From Octopus bimaculoides (Eukaryota): a stretch of 64,000 bases of DNA. The position numbers were made by a program, and so were the translations under genes. Of the stretch, positions 50,970 through 64,000 are shown piece after piece. The stretch is taken from the NCBI RefSeq assembly GCF_001194135.2, contig NC_068986.1, positions 2,921,660 through 2,985,659 of the forward strand, given 5' to 3'. How positions within the stretch are numbered: the first letter of the stretch is position 1; each line of letters starts with the position of its first letter. Under the pieces are notes generated by a model. It was given only the letters and a program-made list of their open reading frames with translations. It was not told the DNA's origin and ran no database searches.

Positions 50970-51011
<42 letters not shown>

Positions 51012-51037
51012 ACTCACTCTCCACACACACACACACA

Positions 51038-52881
51038 CCGTAGTTCTCGCTGTATAAGACGTCTTTTCTTACCCCATAACTTGAACAAGAATGCATAGAA
51101 CAATTCATTTAAATTTATTTATAAAAATAGAGGCATTTTTCTTGTAAAAACATAACTCTTTATAAAACCCACTAAAAATGTATAAAAGGATTACATGTTT
51201 AATGCTGAGTACAATATGGCCGTTTTAGTTTTTGGAGAATTTGAGGCCTAATTGTTTGACAAACATGAAATATAGTTTTTAAGTGCTTGTCTTGGATTTC
51301 AAATGTACAATGTGATTGACCAATCATAGTGCTTAATGCCATTAGCGTTGGTAATCGCCAAATCGGTGTTTCTATTGTTTGGTTACTTGACAACTTGGCA
51401 CGTACTTATCGTCAAGCCGAAGTACCGTATCTTTAATATAAAATGCAAAGTGGTTTGTTTCTTTATTTTTTGTTGCATTTTCACCCCATCTCGGTGTTTA
51501 AAAAATAGAACAAACTGTCATTTACAGTTAAATCCATATTTTGTGTGAGTATGCAAATAAATAAATAAATAAATGAATAAATAAATAAATACGGAAATAG
51601 AGCTGCCGAAATGCATTTTAGTCCTGCACTTACAAAACTGATTCGCTGTTGGCGTAATCAAGAAGAGAAATTGAAACTTATTAAAGGTGATGAATGCTAT
51701 TTCGAAGGAAAACGAATTGGTAATATCTCAGAAATAAGCTATAAACTGGCCTGGAGATCATGGAAAGCAAAGAATACCCTTTCTACAGATATGACAATTT
51801 TTGAAGCAAAGAAGATTGCATGTGATAATAGTTTAGAAGCCTTTACTGGCCATATATGGCGATGTAATTGGTTGGTGAAACACAAAGACCTGGTTATGAG
51901 AACCAAAATGAAAATTGTTCAAAGAATGTCCGATACGTTTGAGATGAAAATGTGTGCATTTTACAAATATATTTTACAGTTAAGAAAAGAAATTTCATTT
52001 GAATTGTCTCAAGTAACAAACGTGTATGAAACGGTTCGAAGCAATTGAACAACTAATATAAAACTTTTTACTGTGGAGCGCATTATACGGTGGTGTCAGC
52101 ATGTTGTGTAGACCCGTCTGCTAATCTTTAAAAGGAAAATAATACTCAAAGAAATGTTTTCCAAGAGTGACTGAAAAGAGAAGGATGGATGAAGACGAAA
52201 TACCACTTTGGTTTGAAAACATTTGGTCGAAATGTCCTGAAGGCTTATTAAAAAAGCCTTCTCTCCTCGTCAGAGATTACATTAAAGCTCATGAAACAAA
52301 AAGCTGATGAGTTCAAAACACAACTGGTTTTTAACAAGTCAACGACAACCTATCGATGATTCTCTTAACGAATCCTTTAAGACTTTAATGAGAGAGGATT
52401 AGAACAACTGGATGTAGCAGCAAGATTTTGCTACAAACTCTGCCGGACGAAGGAAAAGACCGATTCTTGCTCAGGTGTGCCTGTGAGTGAAGAATTCATG
52501 GGGAAAAATAAGAAATGATATAGCGATTAAGTCATTTAAGAAATGTGACATCAGTAATGCAATGGATGGGACCAAGGATTGCATTCTCTTTGATTTATAA
52601 TATTGGTGTCTGATTCTTTTCGAAGTAAAAGTGAAAGCATTGAGGATCTTGTAGGTTTTGAACCCGTTTAAATAAAAGTAGCCTCACTTTTTTTTTATGG
52701 TAACTTTCTTATTTTGATGTTTTTAACTCCTTTGTATTTGGGATAATTTAGATTAACTTTTAAAGTATCAAATTGAAGTTTTGTATTTTATTTAGGGAAA
52801 CTTTTCCCAATATGATTTTGACTTCTACCCAAAACTTCGTCTTCAAAAGTAAGGGTGCATCGTTTTATATTCAGAAAACAC
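51038..52881 (+). mobile_element. Near full-length decayed pogo-superfamily transposon (Brinker-type DBD + CENP-B HTH + DDE_1)
   Basis: 5' TIR CCGTAGTTCTCGCTGTATAAGACG, degraded 3' TIR CGTTTTATATTCAGAAAAC; peptides CEYAK..YGNRAAEMHF, YTVVSACCVD, LLIFKRK, MDEDEIPLWFENIWSKCPEGLLKKPSLLVRD, QPIDDSLNESFK, SFKKCDISNAMDG with stops and frameshifts. Confidence 0.9.
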
Positions 52882-52895
52882 ACACACACTCTCAC

Positions 52896-52950
<55 letters not shown>

Positions 52951-53099
52951 NNNNNNNNNNACTCACACACACACACTCACACACACACACACATACATAC
53001 TTACACATATGCATATATTTACATATATGCATACATACATACATACATGTGTGTGCGCGCGCGCGCACCTGTAATATATATCTATACTGCACATCTCCA

Positions 53100-53440
53100 A
53101 AGCGGCTGGCTTGCAGAATCGTTAGCGTGCCGGGCAAAATGCTTAGCAGCTTTTCGTCTGCCTTTACGTTCTGAGTTCCAATTCTGCCGAGGTCGATTTT
53201 ACTTTTCATCCCTTCGGAGTCAATAAAATAAATAGTTGAACACTAAGTTTGATGTAATCTTTAACATCCGTAGCAATCTTTCTAAGTATGGTTTCAAATT
53301 TTGGCACAAGGCCACAAGTGCTCAAATGGTACTTATTTTATCGATCCCGAAAAGATGAAAGGCAAAGTCGACCTCGGTAGAATTTGAACAGAGACTAAAG
53401 ACGGACGAAATGCCATTAAGCATTTTTCCCGGCTTGTTGC
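53100..53440. mobile_element. Inverted pair of SINE A copies (plus about 53100-53260, minus about 53290-53440)
   Basis: Family A motifs in opposite orientations. Confidence 0.85.
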
Positions 53441-55267
53441 TTTTACAATATTTCTAATAATGAAAAAAAAAAATCAGAAAAAGTCAATGACCTCTAGAAA
53501 ATTCAATACCATCTTATTATAGAGTAATCAGCTGAAAATACCTGGGTATTTGCTTAAGAATATCCCTAATCTATCACTTTCTTTTTCTTTCGTACGTTTT
53601 TCTTTTTTAAACTGGGTCACGAAGGTCTTCCCACAACTATTTTTTCCTCTGTGACAAGAATGGACTTGAATTCAAAAAACGCCAGTATTAATTCATACAA
53701 ACATACAATACACACTGGAAAACTGATATATGACTTCAGTAAAGTCCTATGCAATCAGCAAACTAGTTATATTTTATGTCACCAATTGACACAGCTATAC
53801 ACTTCATTAATCTCTGTTTACAGCAATGCCAGAAGTTTGTGTGTAAGTGTGTGTGTGTGAGTGTGCGTGAGTGCGTGCGCATGGTTTTATTCAGCAGATG
53901 TCACAGGTCATGCTTACACACTGGAACAAGTAATCTATTTTAATTGACCTTTTTTTAAAAAGCAAAATCAGTGTTTCATTATTTCAAATATTCTATTTTG
54001 TCTCTTGCTCAGTGTTTTCTTTCTTTGTTGGTTCATTAAGTCTACCGAAAACTCCTTGAGAAATACACAAGATACTTCACATGTGTCATGAGAAATAATA
54101 ATAAATAAATATTCTTCAGTGTATCAGTTGGGAAAGAAATATACATGTTTCTTTTATTATTCATATCTGCAGTTGAAGTAAAACATATTTTTTCCTATAC
54201 GCCTCTAGATTAATCGCGAAAACATTTAATTTCATGAATTAATACTGGTAATAATTGAATCAATTTTGTAATTTCCCGTGCCTGATGCTCTGTCAATGTA
54301 GATAGAAGAGGAGAGAGAAACTGTGCGTTATGTCATTGAGAGGCGAAAACTGGAGTGTAAATAAAATGACTCGATGATGGAGAGAGAAAGGGAGAGAAAA
54401 AGACCGTGTGAAAGAATAAAGAAAAATATAGGTAGTGCGGAGAGCGTAAGACAAGTGCAGGAGGGGCATAATAAAGAAAGGGAAAGATATATGCAGTAGG
54501 TTTGCCTTAATTTCTGTATACATTTGTACGCATTTGTACGTATATACACACTAAAGACTCTAGAATTGACACGAGAAAGAATATTAGAGTATATAGTATA
54601 CACTTTAATAACTGAAACATTAGTGGAAAAATTAAACACTGACTTCTGGCAAGGCGATTCACCCCCTTGAAATGGACTGACATATGAAATGAGAGGTTAC
54701 ATTTATGTATGTATGTATGTATGTATGTATGTATGTATGTATATATGTGTGTATGTACGTATGCATGAATGTATATATATGTGTGTGTGTATGTATATAT
54801 GTGTGTGCGTGTGTGTTTAATTATATATATATGTGTGTGTTTAATCATACATGTATATATATATATATNNNNNNNNNNNNNNNNNNNNNNNNNNNNNNNN
54901 NNNNNNNNNNNNNNNNNNNNNNNNNNNNNNNNNNNNNNNNNNNNNNNNNNNNNNNNNNNNNNNNNNNNNNNNNNNNNNNNNNNNNNNNNNNNNNNNNNNN
55001 NNNNNNNNNNNNNNNNNNNNNNNNNNNNNNNNNNNNNNNNNNNNNNNNNNNNNNNNNNNNNNNNNNNNNNNNNNNNNNNNNNNNNNNNNNNNNNNNNNNN
55101 NNNNNNNNNNNNNNNNNNNNNNNNNNNNNNNNNNNNNNNNNNNNNNNNNNNNNNNNNNNNNNNNNNNNNNNNNNNNNNNNNNNNNNNNNNNNNNNNNNNN
55201 NNNNNNNNNNNNNNNNNNNNNNNNNNNNNNNNNNNNNNNNNNNNNNNNNNNNNNNNNNNNNNNNNNN

Positions 55268-55308
<41 letters not shown>

Positions 55309-56019
55309 ACGCGCGTGGGGAGAAAAATCAGATGTTTTAATTTACTCGAATTCACTTGTAAGCTTATTGGAAACTTAATACTGTTCATTGCCAAAAGACG
55401 AGATCAAGAAACCATATCGACTCCTTGTACTTTTTCCCAGGCTCACTTCGACTACTGCTTTCAATGTCCTTGTACTTTTAGTAATCTGTGCGTATACCGA
55501 CGCATATAGCCATATTAATAAATCTCTGGTCTCGCACGTTTATCTGATGCTGGGATTTCAATTTGCAACTTTCTCTGGTTCTGCGTATTCAAGTTGAAGG
55601 GTGTTAATGTAATGATAGGGAAGTCACTAGCTGAAACTCTTCAACATTGATTTGTACATCGGTTTCATTAGATTAGTGCAAATTTAAGCCTAGTGCCATA
55701 GTAAATAAAACAGTAGTCCCCTAAGATGGCGGGATCAAATCAAGTCAAAGTTATCTATTTGATTTTTTTTCTTCATTTTTTTTTTTACAGAGCTTATGAC
55801 TGTCATGAGTGCGACTCCTTTTTTTAAGGAATTAAAGACAAATAGCATCGAGGTACAACTAGCTTCTAGCATCATCTACACTATTGTCGTTGATATTCAT
55901 GAACCTAGTAAGTGAAAGCGACTCTTCTAATAAATAGAGAAAGAAATGTCTGTGAGAACTATTACAAACAGTAATGTAGCCGAAACATTTACTTAAGGTG
56001 ATCCACTCTGAAATTTTAC

Positions 56020-56051
56020 TCCTATTATTATTATTATCATTATTATTATTA

Positions 56052-56142
<91 letters not shown>
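56020..56142. repeat. (ATT)n/(ATC)n microsatellite
   Basis: Direct observation. Confidence 0.97.
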
Positions 56143-56502
56143 TATTCTTTCGATACAGTGTAGCATTGGTAGAACTAACTTGACATGGCTTCCATAATAT
56201 ATCATACACATAATCGCCTTGTTTTCGAAGCAATGCTTAGGTCACGTACATATGGAAATTAGATGCTCAATGGCTTATGACCTTATATCTATGTGTGTGT
56301 GTTGGGGGGGGGGGCGGTATGTGGATGTAGGTGGGTATATATAAAGAAAATGGAGAAATATGGATGTATAAGTAATATATTTGTATGAGATTATGAGGCT
56401 GAAAGTTTTTTTATAAAAACAATGCAAATAAATTATAAAGCCCAATAAAAATGGCAGATATGTATATACATATATGTATGTGTGTATGTGTATCTATCTA
56501 TA

Positions 56503-56601
<99 letters not shown>

Positions 56602-56894
56602 GTCTATATATATAAATGCAAATATGTAATTAAAATATATATATCCATACCCATATGAATAGTTATATATATATATATATATATATACAACCATTATACA
56701 TACATGTACATACATACATACATGCATGCATGTATGTATGTATATATGTTCGTATGGATGTATATTGCTGACGTCATAAGAATATATAAACTTTCGAGAG
56801 AACGTGAAATATTTCCTGTTTCGGAACTGGATCTCTAAGTATGTATAGACTGACAAATAATAGCATGTATATATCGGATTAGAAAAAACACTGT

Positions 56895-56928
<34 letters not shown>

Positions 56929-57096
56929 NNNNNNNNNNNNNNNNNNNNNNNNNNNNNNNNNNNNNNNNNNNNNNNNNNNNNNNNNNNNNNNNNNNNNNNN
57001 NNNNNNNNNNNNNNNNNNNNNNNNNNNNNNNNNNNNNNNNNNNNNNNNNNNNNNNNNNNNNNNNNNNNNNNNNNNNNNNNNNNNNNNNNNNNNNNN

Positions 57097-57130
<34 letters not shown>

Positions 57131-57958
57131 CATAGATAGATAGATAGATGCATACATATATACATACATACACACACATACACACACACGCCCAAACATT
57201 GGTCAACTGATATATCATGGAAAGAAACACGGACAGATTGGTGTAGCTATAGGTATAAAAGTACTCAGTTACATTTATGTGACTTAGTTATTTTATGACT
57301 ACAAAATATATCGCACGTAGCAACCAAAACGTGGTGAAACATCAACGAAATACGGTCTGATTACATGGTGAATATCTACGTGTATATGTGTGTGCGCGCA
57401 CACACACACACACACACACACATACACACATGTATATATCACCAGCAACTATAGTCACCCAACAATAATACTAACAATGACACCTACGCCAACGGAAAAC
57501 CTGTGCAGATTTAGGAAAGATTGAGTAAGCCAGGCGACAAAGTGTATATATAATGACTCAGCGATCAGGTTTCGAAACCTCCATTCAAACATGAACAGAC
57601 GTACACACACACACACACACAGAGTCACACACATGCGCACACAGAGAGTCAGTCACACACTCACACGCACACACATTTATACCACAATCACATGATTTGT
57701 ATGGGAGCGAGGGTGGGGCGGAGGGCAGAAAATATCGAGTGGGGACAAATAGGTAAAAAAAACCAAAAAAAAAAAACACAGTATAGAATATGAAACTAGA
57801 AAAAAAATATGTCTAGAATGGCAAATAACGAAGGTGATTGAAGGCATTTGGTGATAGTTGAAATGACATAGATACACATATACACTCACGCAAACATCGT
57901 TGTCCCAGCATGGCCGCAGTCTAATGAGTGAAACTAGTAAAAGGTAAAAAGTAAATAC

Positions 57959-58020
<62 letters not shown>

Positions 58021-58389
58021 GTACCTACAGAGAGAGAGAGACAGAGACAGAGATAGCTAGCCAGCTAGATAGATACGTGTGCACGTTTGTGTATAGATAT
58101 ATATGTATAAATAGATGTGTAAATATATAAATATACGTACATACATACATATTTATAGATGTATGTGTGTATAGTTCAAAAAGCAAAAAGAACATCAGAC
58201 ACAGGTGAGAAAAACAACAAAGTTCGACTCTCAAGAAAATGGAAGAATCTTTGATGTTTCGATATATGTACATGTGCGCGAGCGCGTGGGTGTGTAATAT
58301 TTAATCGGTGGAAGAGCAAAGTGACCTAAGGGCAGAGAATTTAGCGTTTGGCATTTGTCAACTTTGGTAAGGTGCCATGGACGAAACTA

Positions 58390-58545
58390 TCAGCGCTTGC
58401 TAACTTCTTCCAATATACCAATTTACAGACATTTTCTAACGAGGTTTGGGTCCGCTATAAGATATAATACAAGACATTTACCTAAGGGCCCAAACAGTGG
58501 GACCTCCTTGGTGACGAAGCGAACTCTTCGACCATGCAGTCATGT
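58390..58545 (-). mobile_element. SINE B 5' half, old
   Basis: GACATTTACCTAAGGG...CAGTGGGAC matches the family B head in reverse. Confidence 0.6.
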
Positions 58546-58606
58546 TGTACCATCATATACATACTACCTATATGTACATATACATATGTATGTATGTATG
58601 TATGTA

Positions 58607-58657
<51 letters not shown>

Positions 58658-59027
58658 NNNNNNNNNNNNNNNNNNNNNNNNNNNNNNNNNNNNNNNNNNN
58701 NNNNNNNNNNNNNNNNNNNNNNNNNNNNNNNNNNNNNNNNNNNNNNNNNNNNNNNNNNNNNNNNNNNNNNNNNNNNNNNNNNNNNNNNNNNNNNNNNNNN
58801 NNNNNNNNTATATATATATATATATATATATATATGTAAATATATATATATATGTATGTATATAGGTATGTATATATGCAATAACCAACACACACACACA
58901 CACATATATGTATTGTTTTATTTCTTACACTTACACACACATGCACACATATATATGTATATGTGTGTATATATATATACATATATATATATATGTATGT
59001 ATATATAAATATATATATATATATGTG

Positions 59028-59082
<55 letters not shown>

Positions 59083-59541
59083 GTGTGTGTATCTGTGTGT
59101 GCATATATATATATATACATATACATAGACATAATTTGATCTGACAAGTTAATTCCCAAAAGTTCGTAACTTATTGTTTTTCAATATTTTTCAACAGTTC
59201 ATAACTTTTAAGAAAACCTTTGCTTAAATATTTTGAGTGTATCAAATATTTATATGCAACAATGATATATGTATGTGCGTGCGAGTGTGTGTGTGGATTA
59301 TGAATTGATAGCGAAATTAACGTTAGCTGCAAAAACAAAATACTAAAATCGACAAAAAATAACTAATTACTGTTAAATTCACACGCAGGATCGTCTCACT
59401 CCTGCACATCGGCTAAAATAAAACAGTAAACATAAACACAAAAGACAAAAGAAAAGACACATGCTTATAATCAACATATAAACTCCATATGTTTGGTCGC
59501 TAGTCAAGCAGATGATATGAAACAGTTCTCATCGGATATAT

Positions 59542-59577
<36 letters not shown>

Positions 59578-59792
59578 TTACACGTTTGTTAAGTGCTTTT
59601 AAGAAAACAGTGGAGTAGGCGGCATCATTATCATTGACGTAGAGAGACAATTTACTGACGATCATGTAGAAGAAAGAATATAAAGTTAGAAACTATATTA
59701 AATATCGCATACAAACACACATGAATAAAAACAACCACTATTCCAACTAGCATAATGAAATCACTATCAGGGTTCTGTACAACAAACGTAAT

Positions 59793-59841
<49 letters not shown>

Positions 59842-60691
59842 AATTTAGGGAATGGGTTAGATTTTTATTCCCATACACAGCAGCCCCGGCTGCCAACCGT
59901 AAGCTTTTCTCAGCTTATCGAAATTCGATAAGGGAAGAATTTACATCCTTGTAGGTCAATAAACCACTATTGTTCCTGGAAGTTGTTTTTATACATTCTA
60001 CGGATTGCTCGAAGCTTACTAACTTCCTACACCTTGATCCCTAGATCTTACTTTAGTCTAATGTAGAAAAGTACGAAACAAGTTGTAAGATTGCATACGA
60101 TGTTTGAACGTAACGTTTGCTACAACCATATGACTGGGTTAACCACTACATCCAAGCACCGACACAACACCGCCGCTTATACATGAAAATATGATGTAAT
60201 GTATGTATAGAGGAATATCTATGTTTTTGTGCATATATTTATACACATATGTGTGTGTATTAATTTAAAATTAAAGACAAAAGAACTAGAGTTACATAAT
60301 CACATTCTTCAACGTACAACTGTTTCTACTATTACGAACTGTGTACGTCGGTGCAACATCTTATTGCTTCTCCAGAGCCATTTGAGTGCGGAAACATATG
60401 GCAGAACAGACGCACGCACGAGATGTAACAACTTATTAGCACCGCTCTGACGAAGCGGAAACATAAAATATGCATAAATAGGTATATTCGTATGTGCAAT
60501 CCTTGTATTTAATTATATGTATAAATATATTAACACATGCTTTCAAAATCTAAAATAAAAAGTTACGCACAATATAACCGCACTTCGGGCAAGGTGATCC
60601 CTAATAAATGCCACTCTATTTCCTAAAATTTCCCGCTTTGAAGATTCCTTCTCAGCATGAAACCAATAGTCACCGTGCGGGCTTGTGACTT

Positions 60692-60735
<44 letters not shown>

Positions 60736-60753
60736 CACACACACAGATGCTCT

Positions 60754-60928
60754 TAAGGTGGCGATCTGGCAGAAACGTTAACGTGTAAGATAAAATGCCT
60801 GGCGGTATTTCTTCTGACCCTACGTTCTGAGTTCAAATGCCGCCGAGGTCGACTTTGGCATTCATCTTTTCGGGAGTCGAAGGAAAAATAAGTAGCAAGT
60901 TGAGCACTATGGTCGAAGTAATCGACCA
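60754..60928 (+). mobile_element. SINE A copy, 3' end lost next to a gap
   Basis: TAAGGTGGCGATCTGGCAGAAACG head and core. Confidence 0.87.
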
Positions 60929-61052
60929 CCACATATATATNNNNNNNNNNNNNNNNNNNNNNNNNNNNNNNNNNNNNNNNNNNNNNNNNNNNNNNNNNNN
61001 NNNNNNNNNNNNNNNNNNNNNNNNNNNNNNNNNNNNNNNNNNNNNNNNNNNN

Positions 61053-61084
<32 letters not shown>

Positions 61085-61389
61085 TGTATATGTTCTTCAT
61101 TTCACGTTGCTCTGCGATTATTCCGACATCTGACATGTGGCACCCGTTGCACATGGGAAAGTGAGTTCCTGTACTGAGTGAGAAACAGAAGATATTGCTA
61201 AGTAAAGTGACTTAAAGAAATAATACATCGATAGACTCCAGATTGACGGATTTGAAGGGAGAAATGGGGTGGGGGGAACATAACCCAAAGAGTCAGAAAG
61301 TGAGACAAGCAATCAAGACAACAGACAAAGTAAAGACCTGAGGTACCTGACAAATAAACTTAGTTATTTTTGACCAGTACTAACGCCGG

Positions 61390-61437
<48 letters not shown>

Positions 61438-61613
61438 ATATATGTACCTATATATTATATATAGACATATATATACATACATACATATATGTATACATAT
61501 ATATATACATATACATACATACATACATGCATATATGTACCTATATATTATATATTTATGTATATGTATATTCAAATCTATAATATATATGTGTGTGCGT
61601 GTGTGTATACATG

Positions 61614-61667
<54 letters not shown>

Positions 61668-62484
61668 CATGCATGATATATATGTATATATGTGCGTGTG
61701 TGTACCATATGTATNNNNNNNNNNNNNNNNNNNNNNNNNNNNNNNNNNNNNNNNNNNNNNNNNNNNNNNNNNNNNNNNNNNNNNNNNNNNNNNNNNNNNN
61801 NNNNNNNNNNNNNNNNNNNNNNNNNNNNNNNNNNNNNNNNNNNNNNNNNNNNNNNNNNNNNNNNNNNNNNNNNNNNNNNNNNNNNNNNNNNNNNNNNNNN
61901 NNNNNNNNNNNNNNNNNNNNNNNNNNNNNNNNNNNNNNNNNNNNNNNNNNNNNNNNNNNNNNNNNNNNNNNNNNNNNNNNNNNNNNNNNNNNNNNNNNNN
62001 NNNNNNNNNNNNNNNNNNNNNNNNNNNNNNNNNNNNNNNNNNNNNNNNNNNNNNNNNNNNNNNNNNNNNNNNNNNNNNNNNNNNNNNNNNNNNNNNNNNN
62101 NNNNNNNNNNNNNNNNNNNNNNNNNNNNNNNNNNNNNNNNNNNNNNNNNNNNNNNNNNNNNNNNNNNNNNNNNNNNNNNNNNNNNNNNNNNNNNNNNNNN
62201 NNNNNNNNNNNNNNNNNNNNNNNNNNNNNNNNNNNNNNNNNNNNNNNNNNNNNNNNNNNNNNNNNNNNNNNNNNNNNNNNNNNNNNNNNNNNNNNNNNNN
62301 NNNNNNNNNNNNNNNNNNNNNNNNNNNNNNNNNNNNNNNNNNNNNNNNNNNNNNNNNNNNNNNNNNNNNNNNNNNNNNNNNNNNNNNNNNNNNNNNNNNN
62401 NNNNNNNNNNNNNNNNNNNNNNNNNNNNNNNNNNNNNNNNNNNNNNNNNNNNNNNNNNNNNNNNNNNNNNNNNNNNNNNNNNNN

Positions 62485-62527
<43 letters not shown>

Positions 62528-62559
62528 ATACAGTGCATACATTTTGGATAATATATATA

Positions 62560-62745
62560 TTTCATTTGATTGCGGCCATACTGGAGCACCGACTTTAGTC
62601 GAAGAAATCGACCCCAGGACTTATTCTTTGTAAGCCTAGTACTTATTCTATCGGTTTCTTTTGCCGAACCGCTACGTTACGGAGACGCCAACGCACCAAC
62701 ATCGGTTGTCAAGCGATGGTCGGGGGACAAACACAGACACACAAA
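62560..62745 (-). mobile_element. SINE B 3' half
   Basis: Near-identical in reverse to 31850-32040. Confidence 0.9.
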
Positions 62746-62816
62746 CATATACATACACACATGTATACACATGGATATGTAATATATAAATGTGTGTATG
62801 CGCGTGCGCGTGTGTG

Positions 62817-62871
<55 letters not shown>

Positions 62872-64000
62872 ATTTGTGTGTGTGTGTGTGTGTATTTGTG
62901 TGTGTGTGTGTGTGTGTGTGTGCATATATGCGAACAGTCGCGGACACTCGTCTGTGTGTTTGTATGCTACACACTCATTTATTTACACACGCACACACAT
63001 ACACACGCACACACACACACATACACACGCACGCACACACACACACATACACACACACACACACTTATTGTTTTAGAAAGTTCATTTTCCTCGTTTGTAA
63101 ATATCAATATACATTTATACACACGCACGCCCACACGCGCGCGCGCACACACACACATATGTAACAAACAGTGTAAACTGATTCTTATTTAGAATCTGAG
63201 AAAACAGTTTATTTTTTTCGTATGTGTATTTCGTGTGCAAGATTCTTGATGTGGATACGTGTGTTGAAAGAAATACAATTAAACCTTGGTTTAATTGAGT
63301 TTATTTTTTAAACGCAACATTACCAGGAATAGAAATAACGAAGTCGGCTCATGTATACACACACACTCGCACACTCGCACACACACGCACACACATAGCA
63401 CATGCACATGTGAACGCTCGCACGGACACACATACACATACACACGCACGGCGCGAACCTACGCACGCACGAATCGCACTTACAACACAGAGGCAGCGAG
63501 CGCTGTTTTCAAATATGATTCACGAGTACAACTCATAGAAAACGCAATCATTTCGCTAGAATGAAAATACTGTAACTCACCTTTTGTTTTTGTTTATGTT
63601 GGTTGACTCCAAGTTTCGGGTGTACAATAAGCCTCCTTATTATAATTAGTATCCCTTCGCGGTTTATCTTGCTTCCGATTGTTATTATTATTGTTATTAT
63701 TATTATTTTGTTCCTGTCGGGTAAAATTGTCTGCTAAGAACTGCAGTAGGTCTATAAACTGATTTTTTTCTCCCTTTTTTTCTTCTTCTGATTACCTGCA
63801 TGTAAACTCGTTAGTCCACATGAACGAAACGATGGATCTAAGGTGAAACTAGAATGTAATATCAGAAAAGGAAGAGAGGGGAAGAAGGAGAGAGTGTGTG
63901 TCTGAGTATGTGTGAGAAAGAGAAGAGAAGAGAAAGAGAGAGGAAGAGGAAAAGTACACTAAAGAGTGAGAGCTAGACAAAGTGAAAAAGAGAGAAAGAA

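Noticed and set aside
51611-52048. Host POGK/Brinker-like gene
   Set aside because: It lies between TIRs, has stops and frameshifts, and the first catalytic Asp reads Tyr; a transposon fossil.
55723-55732. YY1-like AAGATGGCGG (also AAAATGGCGG at 294-303)
   Set aside because: Isolated 10-mers without supporting promoter context.

Overview
Eukaryotic, AT-rich, non-coding scaffold sequence with 11 N-gaps, saturated with microsatellites and interspersed repeats. The repeat families look like those of coleoid cephalopods (Octopus-like); this is an inference from recall, not a database result. No intact host gene is recognisable, and almost every ORF in the supplied track is a microsatellite or N-gap artefact. 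Supportable content: (1) about 45 copies or fragments of several tRNA-derived SINE families (called A, B, C, E here) and a (CAA)n-tailed repeat (D); (2) decayed DNA transposons: three mariner relics, a near full-length pogo element, Tigger-like, hAT-like and piggyBac-like pieces; (3) non-LTR relics: two R4/Dong fragments, one sitting in its known (TAA)n target, a probable Penelope-like element (PLE) and a possible RTE 3' end; (4) three long palindromes. The most interesting signal is at least five degenerate minimal type-I hammerhead ribozyme motifs from about four unrelated repeats. One two-copy family has U at the normally invariant A6 position. Most motifs are probably dead and none is shown to be active. 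One candidate 48-nt micro-exon (370-417) is the only hint of a host gene.
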